A DNA stretch of 64,000 bases from Azolla caroliniana (lineage: Eukaryota; Plantae; Polypodiophyta). Below the pieces are notes generated by a model. The model was given only the letters and a program-made list of their open reading frames with translations. It did no database searches and was not told the origin of the DNA. Of the stretch, positions 1 to 12,000 are shown in pieces. Within the stretch, counting starts at the first letter, position 1, and every line of letters starts with the position of its first letter. The translations under genes and the position numbers were made by a program. Location of the stretch: positions 2,294,001 through 2,358,000 of the forward strand of contig JBHGNT010000016.1 of assembly GCA_043228905.1 (NCBI GenBank), in the 5' to 3' direction.

Positions 1-236
1 TACTTGTGGGATTCACAAGTTTCTTATATCTTTCTTTCAATCTAAATACATATTCTTATCTAAATATTGATTAATCGAATAAAATACACTCGTGGGATTC
101 ACGAAATTTCTATCTCTCTTTCTAATAATCTATTCATTACGAGCCTCATCTCATATTCTTCTTTCTCCTAGTCCAAAACCTCGGCGGTTCCCACCCGACT
201 CACGCAACGATCCGGAGCCGAAAGGCACGACACAGT

Positions 237-254
237 TGGTGAACCCGACGCGAA
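237..254 (+). promoter_or_regulatory. Primer binding site complementary to the tRNA-Trp 3' end (1 mismatch)
   Basis: TGGTGAACCCGACGcGAA, 4 nt after the LTR end; a perfect version TGGTGAACCCGACGTGAA is at 62771-62788. Confidence 0.85.
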
Positions 255-270
255 GGCGGGTGGCAAGGAG

Positions 271-2346
271 ATGGAGAATCAACAAGAGGCAATGAGCATA
301 ACGATGATGATGATGTTCGAGCGGATGCTACAAGAACAACGAGTGATGTCGGAGATCACGGGGGCAGTAAAGCGGCTCGTACAACGAAACGGACAATTCA
401 ACGGAAATGATGTGTCACGCTATCTACATGACTACAAGGCGGAGATGATACGATGTGGGATACCGGAAGGATTGCAAGTGACATCCTTCAATCGGGTGGC
501 CACGGATGAGCTACAAGAGAGAATCCACAAGATACGGCAACAAAACTCGACATGGGGATCATTTGAAGAAGCTTTACGAGAGGCATATGATTACAAGAGA
601 TCGAAGGGAAAAGATCGGCGAGAATTCGACGAATGGGTGGCATCGGAGAAGACCCAACAAAGTGCAACACAAGCATTCCTAGAGTTCGAGCATCGTCTTG
701 CTCGACTCTCGGAGCGGGAACAACGGTTGGTGGGAGAGGATAAAGTCCTAATGTTCGTAAAATCGATCGATCGAAAAGAAAGGATGGACATCGGGATCGA
801 ACTCGAAGACGATGAAGGTACGAATGGTCTTACCGAAGATTGGGCCGAAGTCCAAAGGGTATGCCGGAGACATGATGAGAGGAAGATGAGAATCTTGTCA
901 ACGACATGGCCGATGAAGGATGGTCGATTGAAGACAAACGATGGAGCCGATATGAAGGCCGAAATACAACATGATGGTCCGACGGAAGAGGGTGTAAAAC
1001 AAGCTACCCTCTTGTCTTGCGAAAGAACAACGACAAAGGATAAGGCCGATAACCCAAGTGTAGAAGAAGATTTCGGAATACAAGTGTCCGAAACATCGGG
1101 TGAAAAAGGGGTAAGCATAATTGATGTTTGCATAATTGATGCAGTGAAAGAGAGCAAGGAGGACTTGATTGAGGAGGTCACCATGAAAGATGACATCGAA
1201 TTGAAGGTGGCTATGGACGAATCAACGACGGATGGCCATATCGAGACTTCCCCACCACTGATTCCAGAGACTCCGGCGGTTGCGTTCGAAAGGCAACGTG
1301 AGACCGAAGAGACGGAAGGTGGCGGAGAGAAAACAAAGGTCGAAGTTGATGCATACGACGGAGAGATAGCCGAGAATATGGCTATGGGTGAAACAATGGA
1401 GGATGATAATACCGAGGATTCCTACCCACTAATTCTAGAGACTTCGGCGGTTGTGTCCGAGAACCAACGTGAGACCGGAGAGACGGGAGGTGGCGGCAAG
1501 AAAGGTAAAGTCGGAAGCCAGTTAGGATGGAAGGTGATCCGGACGGGATTCCGATCCGAAAGAAAGCCGAACCGGGTAAAAGAGGATTCGACCGAAAGTC
1601 GACCCGAAAGAAAGCCGAACCGAAAGGAAGAGAATTCGATCGAAAGACGACACAAACGAAAGCCGAACCGGGCGAATGAGGATTCGGCCGAAAGACGACC
1701 CAAAAGAAAGCCGACCCGAAAAGGGGTCGACTCGGTCAAAACCGATCGACTGAGTCTGACTTGGCCAAACGCGAATATGGATGGAAGCCGACCTAGCCGA
1801 AAGCCAATCCGACGAGACCGATCCAGAAAGAAGCTAATCCGACTCAACCGAAGGTTGGACTGGTCGAGGCTGGTAAAAACGAGGAAAAGAAAGCCAACCG
1901 AAACCGAAACCGATAGATCGAAACCGGGCCGGAAGGAGACCGACTCAATCGAAACCGAACAACCGATTCCGATTCGGCCGAATACGAATCCGATCGGAAG
2001 CCGATCAAACCGAAAGTTGATCGGACGAGAGCGATCCGGAAAAAATTTAAGGTTGATGAAGACAAGAAAGAGGCCAATAAAAGTCACTACCACGAATGAC
2101 AAGGGCCAAGAATATGACGAGAGAGAACAAAGAATATGGTGGATCGGATGGCGACAATGGTTCGGGTGGAAAGAATGGGTCTACTCAAAATGGAGAGACA
2201 AAGTTGACATAGCGGGACAAACGGAGGATGAAGGGGAGACAACGAGCATCGGCAACTTCGGCACATACCGGAGGATGTGCGGGTTCGGAGGGGGCGAGTG
2301 TCGTAGTGTATTTCGTAAACTACGTGAAAAAGTAAAAATAATATAA
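271..2346 (+). CDS. Gag-like protein with acidic middle and Arg/Lys-rich repetitive tail (691 aa)
   Basis: N-terminal ~200 aa align by eye with the Gag at 60159-61524 (FNGNDVSRYL/FSGKDATKYL; VLMFVKSID/VLLFVKSVD; GLTEDWAEVQRVC/GLTTDWAAVKRVC). The ORF is uninterrupted and its stop lies inside the 3' LTR. Confidence 0.85.
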   Translation: MENQQEAMSITMMMMFERMLQEQRVMSEITGAVKRLVQRNGQFNGNDVSRYLHDYKAEMIRCGIPEGLQVTSFNRVATDELQERIHKIRQQNSTWGSFEEALREAYDYKRSKGKDRREFDEWVASEKTQQSATQAFLEFEHRLARLSEREQRLVGEDKVLMFVKSIDRKERMDIGIELEDDEGTNGLTEDWAEVQRVCRRHDERKMRILSTTWPMKDGRLKTNDGADMKAEIQHDGPTEEGVKQATLLSCERTTTKDKADNPSVEEDFGIQVSETSGEKGVSIIDVCIIDAVKESKEDLIEEVTMKDDIELKVAMDESTTDGHIETSPPLIPETPAVAFERQRETEETEGGGEKTKVEVDAYDGEIAENMAMGETMEDDNTEDSYPLILETSAVVSENQRETGETGGGGKKGKVGSQLGWKVIRTGFRSERKPNRVKEDSTESRPERKPNRKEENSIERRHKRKPNRANEDSAERRPKRKPTRKGVDSVKTDRLSLTWPNANMDGSRPSRKPIRRDRSRKKLIRLNRRLDWSRLVKTRKRKPTETETDRSKPGRKETDSIETEQPIPIRPNTNPIGSRSNRKLIGRERSGKNLRLMKTRKRPIKVTTTNDKGQEYDEREQRIWWIGWRQWFGWKEWVYSKWRDKVDIAGQTEDEGETTSIGNFGTYRRMCGFGGGECRSVFRKLREKVKII

Positions 2347-2400
2347 CCGATTTAATTACATATAAATAAATAAAATAAGAATATCAAGATATTTATCACG

Positions 2401-2470
2401 TGCATAGGGCAAGATTTGAACCTTGTACCTCCACGTAGCCAAATCTCAACTTTACCATTATGCTAGCTTA
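2401..2470 (-). other. tRNA-like A-box/B-box cassette in LTR U3 (antisense)
   Basis: Minus strand TAGCATAATGGTAAAG...GGTTCAAATC with tRNA-like spacing. Confidence 0.6.
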
Positions 2471-3087
2471 TCTTTAATGTTCTATAAATAGATTTAATAA
2501 CTATAAGTGCTTTATTTGCACCTACCTTTATTAAAAGGTAAATCGTGCATTTTTAGAGTGCGTGAATATTTTATAGAAAAACGCAAGCAACTAAAAAGTG
2601 ACTCATGCACATCTAGCGTGCATGAGCACTATATTTAGCAAATAAAAGCAAGGATTAGAAAAGCATCACATGCACATTTAGTGTGCATGAACATATTAGA
2701 AAAAAAGCATGTAGCTATGCTTAGTCTCTCCCATCACTACATAAGGATGGGGAGCACAATGTAATAGGTGTGTGAAATATTTGGAAATTGGATATATTTC
2801 CGAAAACACCAACCGATTAATATAATCGTGGGATTCACGAAAATAATATAATCTATACTTGTGGGATTCACAAGTTTCTTATATCTTTCTTTCAATCTAA
2901 ATACATATTCTTATCTAAATATTGATTAATCGAATAAAATACACTCGTGGGATTCACGAAATTTCTATCTCTCTTTCTAATAATCTATTCATTACTAGCC
3001 TCATCTCATATTCTTCTTTCTCCTAGTCCAAAACCTCGGCGGTTCCCACCCGACTCACGCAACGATCCGGAGCCGAAAGGCACGACA

Positions 3088-6000
3088 ACGTAGGTAGAGA
3101 TGTCGCGAGTTGAGAAAGCAAGAGAGTGCTTCGGCGTATAATAGAAATAAGGATGGAGCTAGTGGGCATCCCTGTCGTACAGATCGGGATATTCAAAAAA
3201 AGGGGCCCCTTTAACCTGCCAGTGAATTGCAACTGCTGCCATTCCTATAAAATCCTGCATGCCTTTGATCCATGTATCTTGAAAGCCGAGTTTCCTCATC
3301 ACACTTTCTAGAAAGTTCCAGCATACCCTGTCATATGCTTTCTCAAAATCTAGTAGCACCACCGCTACCTTATTGTTGGTATGCTTGGCAAGGGCTACTG
3401 CTTCCCAGAATGAGAAGAGGTTGTCTAGGATGCTCCGATTTCTAACAAAACCTGTCTGGGACGGATGAATGAGTTGAGGGAGAAGTGGTGTTAAACGGCG
3501 TGCCATGATTTTTGCGAGCAACTTATAAACATTACTGAGAAGAGTTATGGGCCGCCACTTGCTAATGTCGTTGGCATTCCCACCACTTTTAGGAATGAGA
3601 TGTATCATCCCTTGTCCAAATTTCTCCGGCATGCTTCTAGAGGTGATGATCTCCTCATATGCCTAGAGGAGGTCTTCTTTAATAGTTCCCCAAAGGCATG
3701 TGAAAAAGTGTGGGGTGAGACTGTCGATTCCGGGGCAGCTATCAGCATCTAAATCAGTGAGGGCCTCCCATATCTCGATGATTGATAGGGGACGCACGAG
3801 CCAGGTATTCATTTCCAGCGTGACTTTCTCGGGTATGCTTTGGAGGATAATATCTTCTCTTATGTCTTCCCCAGTAGCTATAATTTCTTCGGTAAGTAGG
3901 CGCCTATAATACCTTGTGGCAATATTCCTCATTTCGTTGTCATCCTCAGTGGTCGTTCCATCCTCTCGGTTGAGGCTACACATCAGAGTTCTAGCGTGCC
4001 TCGGGCCTTTGGAGCAGAAGAATTACTTTGTGGTTTTGTCCCCTACTCGAATCTATCACGTCATGCTTCCATGAAACTCCATGTCATATATTTCCTTTTC
4101 TGCTATGCTAAGTTCTTGTTTGGCCGTGGCGACTTGTCTTGCGATCCAAATACAGGACAAGGTATCTCTGTTGGAGTCGTTGTAAGGCTATTAGTCCCGT
4201 TTTGTCCTCTGTCGCTTCTCCTGAGCATCCTTGCTTCTGGTCTTGACAATCTCATGTAGGAGAGTAGAAGCTCTTGTTAATTTAGCTAAAAGTTTTTCCG
4301 ATGTTGATGAGCCATTGACGGGTAATGACCATTGGTTGGATAGTTGGTCCTTCACGTCTATAAGTGTGTAAATAGTGTGTGGGATGCGAGTCTGGAATGG
4401 GCCCCATTTTCGGTGCAATTGAAAATGACCACCTACCGGGTAATGGTCAAAGAAAGGCGTGCCTGGAGTTATGCGACACCACCCTCCCTTCGCTTCTAGA
4501 GCCTCCCCCACATAAATGCGGTCAATGCGAGATAGGGTGGGTTCACTATTCCGCCTATCTGATCGGGAGAATAGGAGAGAATCCCTTTTCCGTTGGAAGT
4601 TGGCAGAATGCCAGATGTCTCGCAGGTTAAGGTGGACACGTAGCTTCTCCCATTGTTTACGTTCCCTTCCTTGTAGAACTATGGGGTTGTTGTTGGAGCT
4701 ATCATGAATGGATTCAATCATATTAAAATCCCCTCCAATGCACCACTCTTCCGCACCCACTACTTGTAGGCGGATGCGGTCCTAGAATGTTGCTCTTTCT
4801 GTTCTGCTATTTGGAGCATAAACATTCATGAAGTTCCATCGTTGCCCTTGGATGGCCAATGTGCAAAAGTGTGCCCTACCAGGTATAAGTGATTCTTGGT
4901 GTATTAAGCCTTGGGCTAGATGTTCCCGAATCAAAGTGCAAATACCACCATGATTTCCATCCTCCCCAATTGCTGGCTCCCAAATTGTTCGCCATGATCC
5001 TGGTAGAAGGTCTCCGACTTCCTTTAACTATGTGCTATCGAGGTGGCGTTCCTGCAACATGATGATGTCAGCATCACTCCCTAGTAAATATTCTTCAAGA
5101 TCCCTTCTCCGTTTCCATCTATTTTGCTGGTCTAGTCTACTTCTGAGTCCTTGCATGTTCCATGTTATAATCTTCATACTCATGGAATGGGGTGGGAGAT
5201 TGCCAGTTGTTCTTGGTGCTTTGTACAATAGGTCGTGAGTGGGGAGCACTCACCATTTAGACATCCAGTCATTTCCAGGGATGGAATAGTGGTCCACATC
5301 CATGAGTGGAGTTTGTGGGCTATCATGTGAGCTTCAATCGCCCCTTCATGCTTCTCATAGAAATAGACAAAGCTTGGAGTTAGTTGGGTGTCTATGATAG
5401 TCCGCAGGTGGATGTGGCAAAGATGAGGTTCCTCTTCATCCATGGTGCACCAGAATTCAATGTTATGCCAATGTTGCTTTAGTTCGTTCATGAGCTCTTC
5501 AACCATTTCAAGGCGTTTTGTGGGTGTGGTTCAAGGTCTTGGCTAGAGGAAGCACACTCATTTGTGTCCGGGACGACTATGATTTGAGGCGTGACATTCA
5601 CACTTTTGCCTTGGTTTGTTGCTTCTACATTGGGTGTTGTTCCACTCAAGCTCCTTATTAAGGTCTTTACATGACTTATTCGTCTGCGCTTCCCTGTTTT
5701 GTAAGCTTTAACGAGAACTTTCTCTTGTGTGCTTGGTGTCACCTTAGGTCGTTCCTTGGGGCTTAAGAAAGAACTAGGGGAATGCTCGTCTGTGGGGGGG
5801 AGCTCTTGTAGTAGATCAAATCGATTGGGGCTCATTGGCGATGGAGCATTTTGTGTCGATGATGTTTTTCGAAGGACATGGGTTTTTTCCACCGCTCGCC
5901 ATTCCATCACAGCCTTGTCGGGTCATGGTGGGGGAGGCTTCTGATGTCTTATGGTGTCCTGACCTTCTAGAGTCTCCTTTGTAGGATCTTTAATATGTCT

Positions 6001-6980
6001 TGTGGGGTAGTTCTTTTTTAAATGACCAAGTTTTTTGCATGCAAAACATTGCCCCGGTGCGCCAATCACTTCTATGCGTTGTTCAATTTGCATTCCGTTT
6101 TTCCCGGGAATGAGGATCTTGGAGAGAAGTTTATTGATTTCCTGCACCAAGAGGCAGATAGAGGGAGGGCTTAGGTGCTTCTTTAGCCTGTCTGCTAGCG
6201 TTAGTTCCTCATCCAGCATCATACCAAAGGAGTTGCCAATAGTAGGAAGTAACATGTTGTATTCTAAGGATAGTCCAGGAAACAACATTATTACCTTTTT
6301 CATGGAATCATCCTGTTGTGCGGCTTTCTCTAAGTTAAAACCATGTGTCCATTTACGCATGAACAACCATGTATTTCGAACCTGGCAGGGAGAAAATGCT
6401 ATGAGGTTCGTTGCAGAATCCTTGTCTGCTAGTATGATTTGATAGAAGCCTTTACCAAGCGGTTGGACTTCTTTTATACCACGTAGTTGTGAATGAAATT
6501 TAGCTTGCAACATATCTCACAACAACCCTCTGTTTGGTCGTGATCCCATCACGCAGCATATGACCGCTATTCGCTCAAGGCGCTCTATCTCTTTCTCAAG
6601 TAGAAGCATCTCTTCCTTGTTGAAAATAATCTCAACATGACCTCCATTATCAAAGATGTTTTTTCTGTTATCGATCGAGGGGCCTGTTTGTGCTATGTGT
6701 TTGACAGTGGTGATGTTCGAAGGTGCCATGAGTGACAGAGTCGGACTGCGTCTCTTTTTCTTTTTTCCCTTTCCCTTTTTTTTTGGGGGGGGGGGGCGGG
6801 GGGTGTTACGGGAGTGGGGGCCCAACTACTCGAACTGTGGTTGGTGGGTCTCACTTGTCGAAATAGGGGGGGGCAGGGGGAGTGTGTGTCCCACTCCTCG
6901 AACTGGGGGCTGGGAGGAGTGTGTCAAGTGTGTCCCACTCCTCAAACTGGGGTGGGGGGGGGGGGGGGGGGGGGGGTGGA
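3088..6980 (-). mobile_element. Degenerate L1-clade LINE (ORF1 plus ORF2 endonuclease-RT), interrupted at 3088 by the LTR element
   Basis: ORF1 pieces 6825-5180 with zinc knuckle CFACKKLGH; endonuclease MKIITWN...LQE, GGDFN, SRIDRIY, DHYP; RT WRPITLL, QTGFV, LLDFEKAYDRV; many stops and frameshifts. Confidence 0.9.
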
Positions 6981-7989
6981 TTGTGATCAGTTTTAGAATT
7001 GATCACTTTCACATACATTCATTCCTCCATTTGCCTATGAAGAGAACTAAGAGCATGATTGATGTAAATTTTTGGTTTTGACAATCCCCATGTTACAAAA
7101 GAAACAAAGTTGAATAGTACAATATTCATATATTATAATTAAAGAAACAATTTTAGATGGTTTGAGATTGTAGTGGTGTTACATCTTACAAGAACAACAT
7201 TTCAATGGCGTAATTATTTTGCAAAATTTGAGAATAATCTTGATTGTCCTGTGTTTGCACACGTGTGCTATGTTAAGCTTTTTTTTAGGGAAGATTGAGA
7301 TGCAAATGTGTTCATAAACAAACACACAAATTTTGAACATTATACACAAAGCGACAAAGACATGTTGTAACAATCATTCAAGATGTTGCTAAGTGAGAAA
7401 GCTAGTTAGAAAAAGGTGTGTGAAGGGTGCAAGCAAAAAAAAGGCAAGGGGAAGGCATTACGAATCAACCTAATAATGAGCAAAACAATAAGATATTGAG
7501 GAGAAGAATAGATTTTAAGAGTGCTTAACTATACCTTCGTTGTTAAATAATTGATCTAAAGAAGTGAGTTTAGCTTCACCATTAGAGTCTCAACAATGTA
7601 TTAAGATGTCGAAATGAAGGGGTTGAAAGCCCCCCTTTACCCCAACACCCAAAGCTCCCATGCCATCATGTGTAACCAAGTGTTGGTGCGTTTGTCCCAA
7701 TTCCTAGAATACTAATTTCTTGACTATCCTAGTACCTACCCTTTTTTTCCAAAAACGAAGCTTCTTTCATATTAGTTAGGAGAGATTTTTACAAAAAGGC
7801 TATACAAGTATATAAGTCGGGGAATTGGAGTGGCCGCAAACCTCATCCAACTACCCTCGTACCTCTCCTTAACCCATTAAAATTAGCTATAAATTTGGTC
7901 TCTATGGTTATGATTATATCATACTCCCTCTTTCAAAAACATTGCACTATTGCAATAGCAAATCAAACTCAAGAAAGATAGATTTTAGA

Positions 7990-8500
7990 ACATGTTCTCT
8001 CTCAAGTGGCATCATATACAATTTGATCCAACCATCTAATTTTGTATTCTTGGATTTGTTTAAATCTCAAATGTTTAGTTTGAGCATCGAGATTCTTTTT
8101 TTTAGCAAATGAGGAACCGAGTATTTTATGGTTACTATGGTTACTAAGTTCTTTGAGGCAACTAACATGAAAAACAAGATGAACATTGATACCATATAGA
8201 AGATCAAGATGATAGGCAAATGAACTGATATGCATCAGGACTATGAAAGCTCTATAATACTACTTGGCTAATTTAGTACACTTACTTGTAGGTAAATATT
8301 TGAATTTAGGAGGTAAGCACAAGAATACTTTTTTGGCAACTTTAAGAACACGAGGATTCCTATTAAGATCAACATACCACTAAATATCATCTTATGCTAT
8401 TCCTTAGTTGTTGGATAACGAATAGAAGAAGAAAGGTTAGCCTCACCACTTCACTTTATCATAAATCCGTCTATAAAATATGCCTCTATCCCAAGTAGCA
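7990..8500 (-). mobile_element. Highly decayed chromovirus integrase/chromodomain remnant
   Basis: ORF 8002-8235 contains VHLVFHVSCLK and EYKIRWLD...DAT, typical of the GPY/F-chromodomain region. Confidence 0.55.
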
Positions 8501-8536
8501 TGAAATTCCAATCGTATGAGCTCTGCATGTTGCACA

Positions 8537-11060
8537 TTTTTTATTTATTTATATTTTTTTTAAAAGAAGGTTCACCTTGATATTAATGGAAAGATGCCGA
8601 AAGGCTACAACGAGTTCATACAATATATAACAACCCTTATATCCACATCAACCAACATGTCAAGAATCAAAAGCCCTCATGAAGGTTGTTCCAAGACGGG
8701 GGGTGGAAAAAGCCATCTTGGTGGAGCATATCTCCACTTTATTCTTTCTCCAAAAGAGATGAAGACCTCAACGTTTTTCCAAATTTCTCTAAATTGTTGT
8801 TGTCTCCGAATCACAACCTCATGCTCACCAATTATTGCATCATATTGACCTCTTAAAGTGTGTACGAGCATTAACCGTACCTCTTTGACTAACTCAACTA
8901 CATTCTGTTTAACTTTCTGAAATACACATTTACATCCAACCTTCCACAATACCCAAATGACTAGAGAAGATATCATAGACCGGACCATATCCTCTTCCAA
9001 ACAACGGACTGATGTAATATCAGAGACCTCCAATACATGTCTTCCATCGGAGAGGAGAAGGAAATCGTCATACTCCTTTTCATAGTTTTGAATTTCTTTA
9101 GCCAATCTTCCCCATCTCACAAAACCCCATGTGTACACCTACCTACCATAAATAGGATATAACATTCTCAACATTCTTTTCCAAACTGCTCTAGCAATAG
9201 GATATATCCATAAAACATGGTAAACCGATTCAATGGGAGAACCACAACTGTCACATTTTAAATCTTGACAATGTCCCCGCATCCATGACTTCACAGGAAT
9301 GCCATAATGTGTCAACAACCATCTAAATAACACAACCTTTTTAGGAGTTTGCATAGCCCATAACCATTTCCAATAAGCATTCAACCAAAAATCTGTTACA
9401 TTACCAAATCTCCAAAAATTACAAGATGTTTGTGTAACAGTCACACCTCTCCTTAGCATTTCTCTACCCATTTTTACTAAATACTGAAAAAATGGGATTT
9501 GCTTACCTAACATTCCTTGCGCTGATCTGATTTGCCATTTCCACTCACCAGGATCCCACAAAAGGCGATCAATGGGGTTAGTCTCATAGACCCATAAATA
9601 AGAGAGATTGTTAACATCATTTGGATGTGGGTTCAATATCCATTTTTTATCTTTCTTCCATAATATACGAATAGGCAACCTATTCCCTCAAGTTACAATT
9701 TCGTCTTCCACAAAGAGAGAATGAAGTCGTCCAAAAGGCAAAACATCGAAGTAAAGGCATTCATGAGAGTTTTTATAACCCCTACCCCCAATAAGACATG
9801 TAAGGATGAAAACATACCATACCAAAAGAGACTAGTTTGAGAAGGTTGAAAGGAATATATTGTAAAGACTCTATCCATTTCTGAATACATAATGTTCCCT
9901 CCCCAAATTGCACTACAAACTTGCATTTGGTTTTCCATCGCTGAAGAAGAAAAAGTCAACCAATTCCCAACAGACTTAACTTCACCTTTATCAAAGTCAG
10001 CCCAATTCAATCTAGTTCTCTTCCTTAACATTACCCCATCTTTTGATGTAAATAGCGGGTTCAATATGAGGGGTTGACGCAACCATTCCTCCTTACATGA
10101 TGGTGGAGATTGGACTAAGTTATGTTTCAAATCCCACCATTCCTTCATGATACCCCTAAAAAACTTATCTTGGCAAAAAATATCAATGGAATGATTAAAA
10201 TCTCTCAAAAACCACCATCTAATACTATCTTTCCAATTGCCATCGGTAGAAGGCATAACTTTAACCATTCTCTGCCTTAAGATTTTTTTCCAAGGCTCCC
10301 CACCAGGCAACAAACCTCTTATAATAAATTTCCCCACTAAAGCCTTACATTGTAAAAGAGGCTCAATCAATCCAAGACCACCCTCGTCCTTTGGAGTTGT
10401 AATAACTTTCCAAGATACCTTGGCTCTCACATAAGAACAATCTTTAGATCCCCAAAGGAAATTCCTAATAAGCCTTTGTACTTGCGATAAAGCAGAACGT
10501 GAGCACAACCAAGTTGATAAAATGTACCACATGGAAGCCAACAATACTTAATTGGCAATAACAACCCTTCCTGCCAATGACAATTTAGCAGTATTCCAAT
10601 ATAACAATTTCTTCCTTATAGCAAGCAACAGAGGAGCTACATGATCTTCCGGCGAAATATTAATACCTACTTGACATCCCAAGTATCTTATAGGTTTCCC
10701 ATGCGGAATCCATTGAAACCCTTCTTGTGGACACCACAAAGGGTTTACTGTGTTACCTACCCAGAACCCCACTGATTTATTCCAATTAATAACAGTTCCA
10801 GAAGCATAGCAAAATGTATCGATAGCATGTTGTACTCTAGAAAGATTATTGCTAGAACCTTGCAAATACAAGGTTGTATCATCAACAACTTTTCCATGGT
10901 ACCCCTCAAAAAAGACCAATCTACTCTGTCATAAGCCTTTTCGAAATCCAACAACAAGATTGCTAAATCCTCTTTCCTTTCTTGTGAAATTGCAACCGCT
11001 TCCCAAAATAAAAAAATGTTATTCAATATACTCCTATCTTGTAAGAACCTTGTTGCGTAT
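8537..11060 (-). mobile_element. 5'-truncated L1-clade LINE (RT C-terminus, zf-RVT, 3' UTR, poly(A))
   Basis: LLDFEKAYDRVDW, DDTTLYL, INWNKS, RYLG, GGLGL, CDSCGSPIESVYHVLW, IWVLWK; T-rich tail at 8537-8561. Confidence 0.88.
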
Positions 11061-11089
11061 TTCCTTTTATATCATCCAAATAACCTATG

Positions 11090-11866
11090 AGATTATGCAC
11101 AATCTCTCTCCAAATCCCATAAATTATTTGGGTAAGTCTTTTTGTCACATTTTGGAATACCTTCAAACATCAAGTTTTCCAAATATTCTCCAAGTAATGC
11201 ACATGGAAATAATTTTACAAACAACATTCTCCAAATATTTAGTATGAATGAGAGAATGAAGGTAAAATGAAACTCTTGAACCTCAGTATTTTCCAACAGG
11301 CAAAAAAGGGGGAAATGAGTAAGAAACCCAATTCATTGAGTGAGCTTTTAGAGACTTGAAAGAGCGTGTTGTCATATATGCCAATTACATTTTGGAACTT
11401 CTCTTGGATTATAAAGTTTTGTGCAATGGTCTTTATCTTCAATGTTTCATAGTCAAATAAACATTAAACTTCGATTGAAGTAGCTAGAAACATTTTTAAT
11501 GCATATGTAACAAAGAAAATAAGTAGATTTTTTATCCATACCATACATGGGCAATATGATGATCTGCAAGGTTCAACTGATGCTCAAAGGCAACGTCAAG
11601 TGGACTTTAAGAAACAATGGCGAGGGCTTCACTTATTTTCAGATACAACTTCCGATATGAAGTGGATTTATGCCATAGCTTCTTTTTTATTGCATAGCTT
11701 GTAGATTGTGCTCCATTCGTTTCTTATATGATATCATCTATTTGATCAAATGTTGGTAGTAGCTTTTTGTCTTACAATAGAGGTGTTATGAAATGTCTCC
11801 GTCTATTTTCTATATGTACATTTCTCAAGTAATATAGTAAGGTGTATCTTTCTTGGAAAAAAAAAG
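11090..11866 (+). mobile_element. Decayed LINE 3' fragment with poly(A)
   Basis: 11545-11855 is similar to 14850-15315; A-run at 11857-11865; upstream part very degenerate. Confidence 0.65.
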
Positions 11867-12000
11867 TACATTTTTTTTTATTACACTTATAATTACATGA
11901 TTATATAACCAGATTTTTTCTTGAAATTTTAATCATGTGATATCGCATCATTTTGGAATTTTGACCATTCACCCATGTAATAACACTTTGATGTCTAGAA

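Larger units (their letters stand above)
1..3087 (+). mobile_element. Non-autonomous gag-only Ty3/gypsy-derived LTR retrotransposon (5' LTR cut by window edge)
   Basis: 1-232 repeats at ~2856-3087; 3' LTR 2299-3087 has TGTCGT...ACGACA termini; PBS TGGTGAACCCGACGCGAA at 237-254; purine tract GGAGGGGGCGAG just before 2299; no PR/RT/RH/IN between the LTRs. Confidence 0.9.

Noticed and set aside
591-2102. Long antisense ORFs (201 and 226 aa) opposite the gag-like ORF
   Set aside because: Low-complexity mirror of the purine-rich sense ORF; no recognisable motifs.
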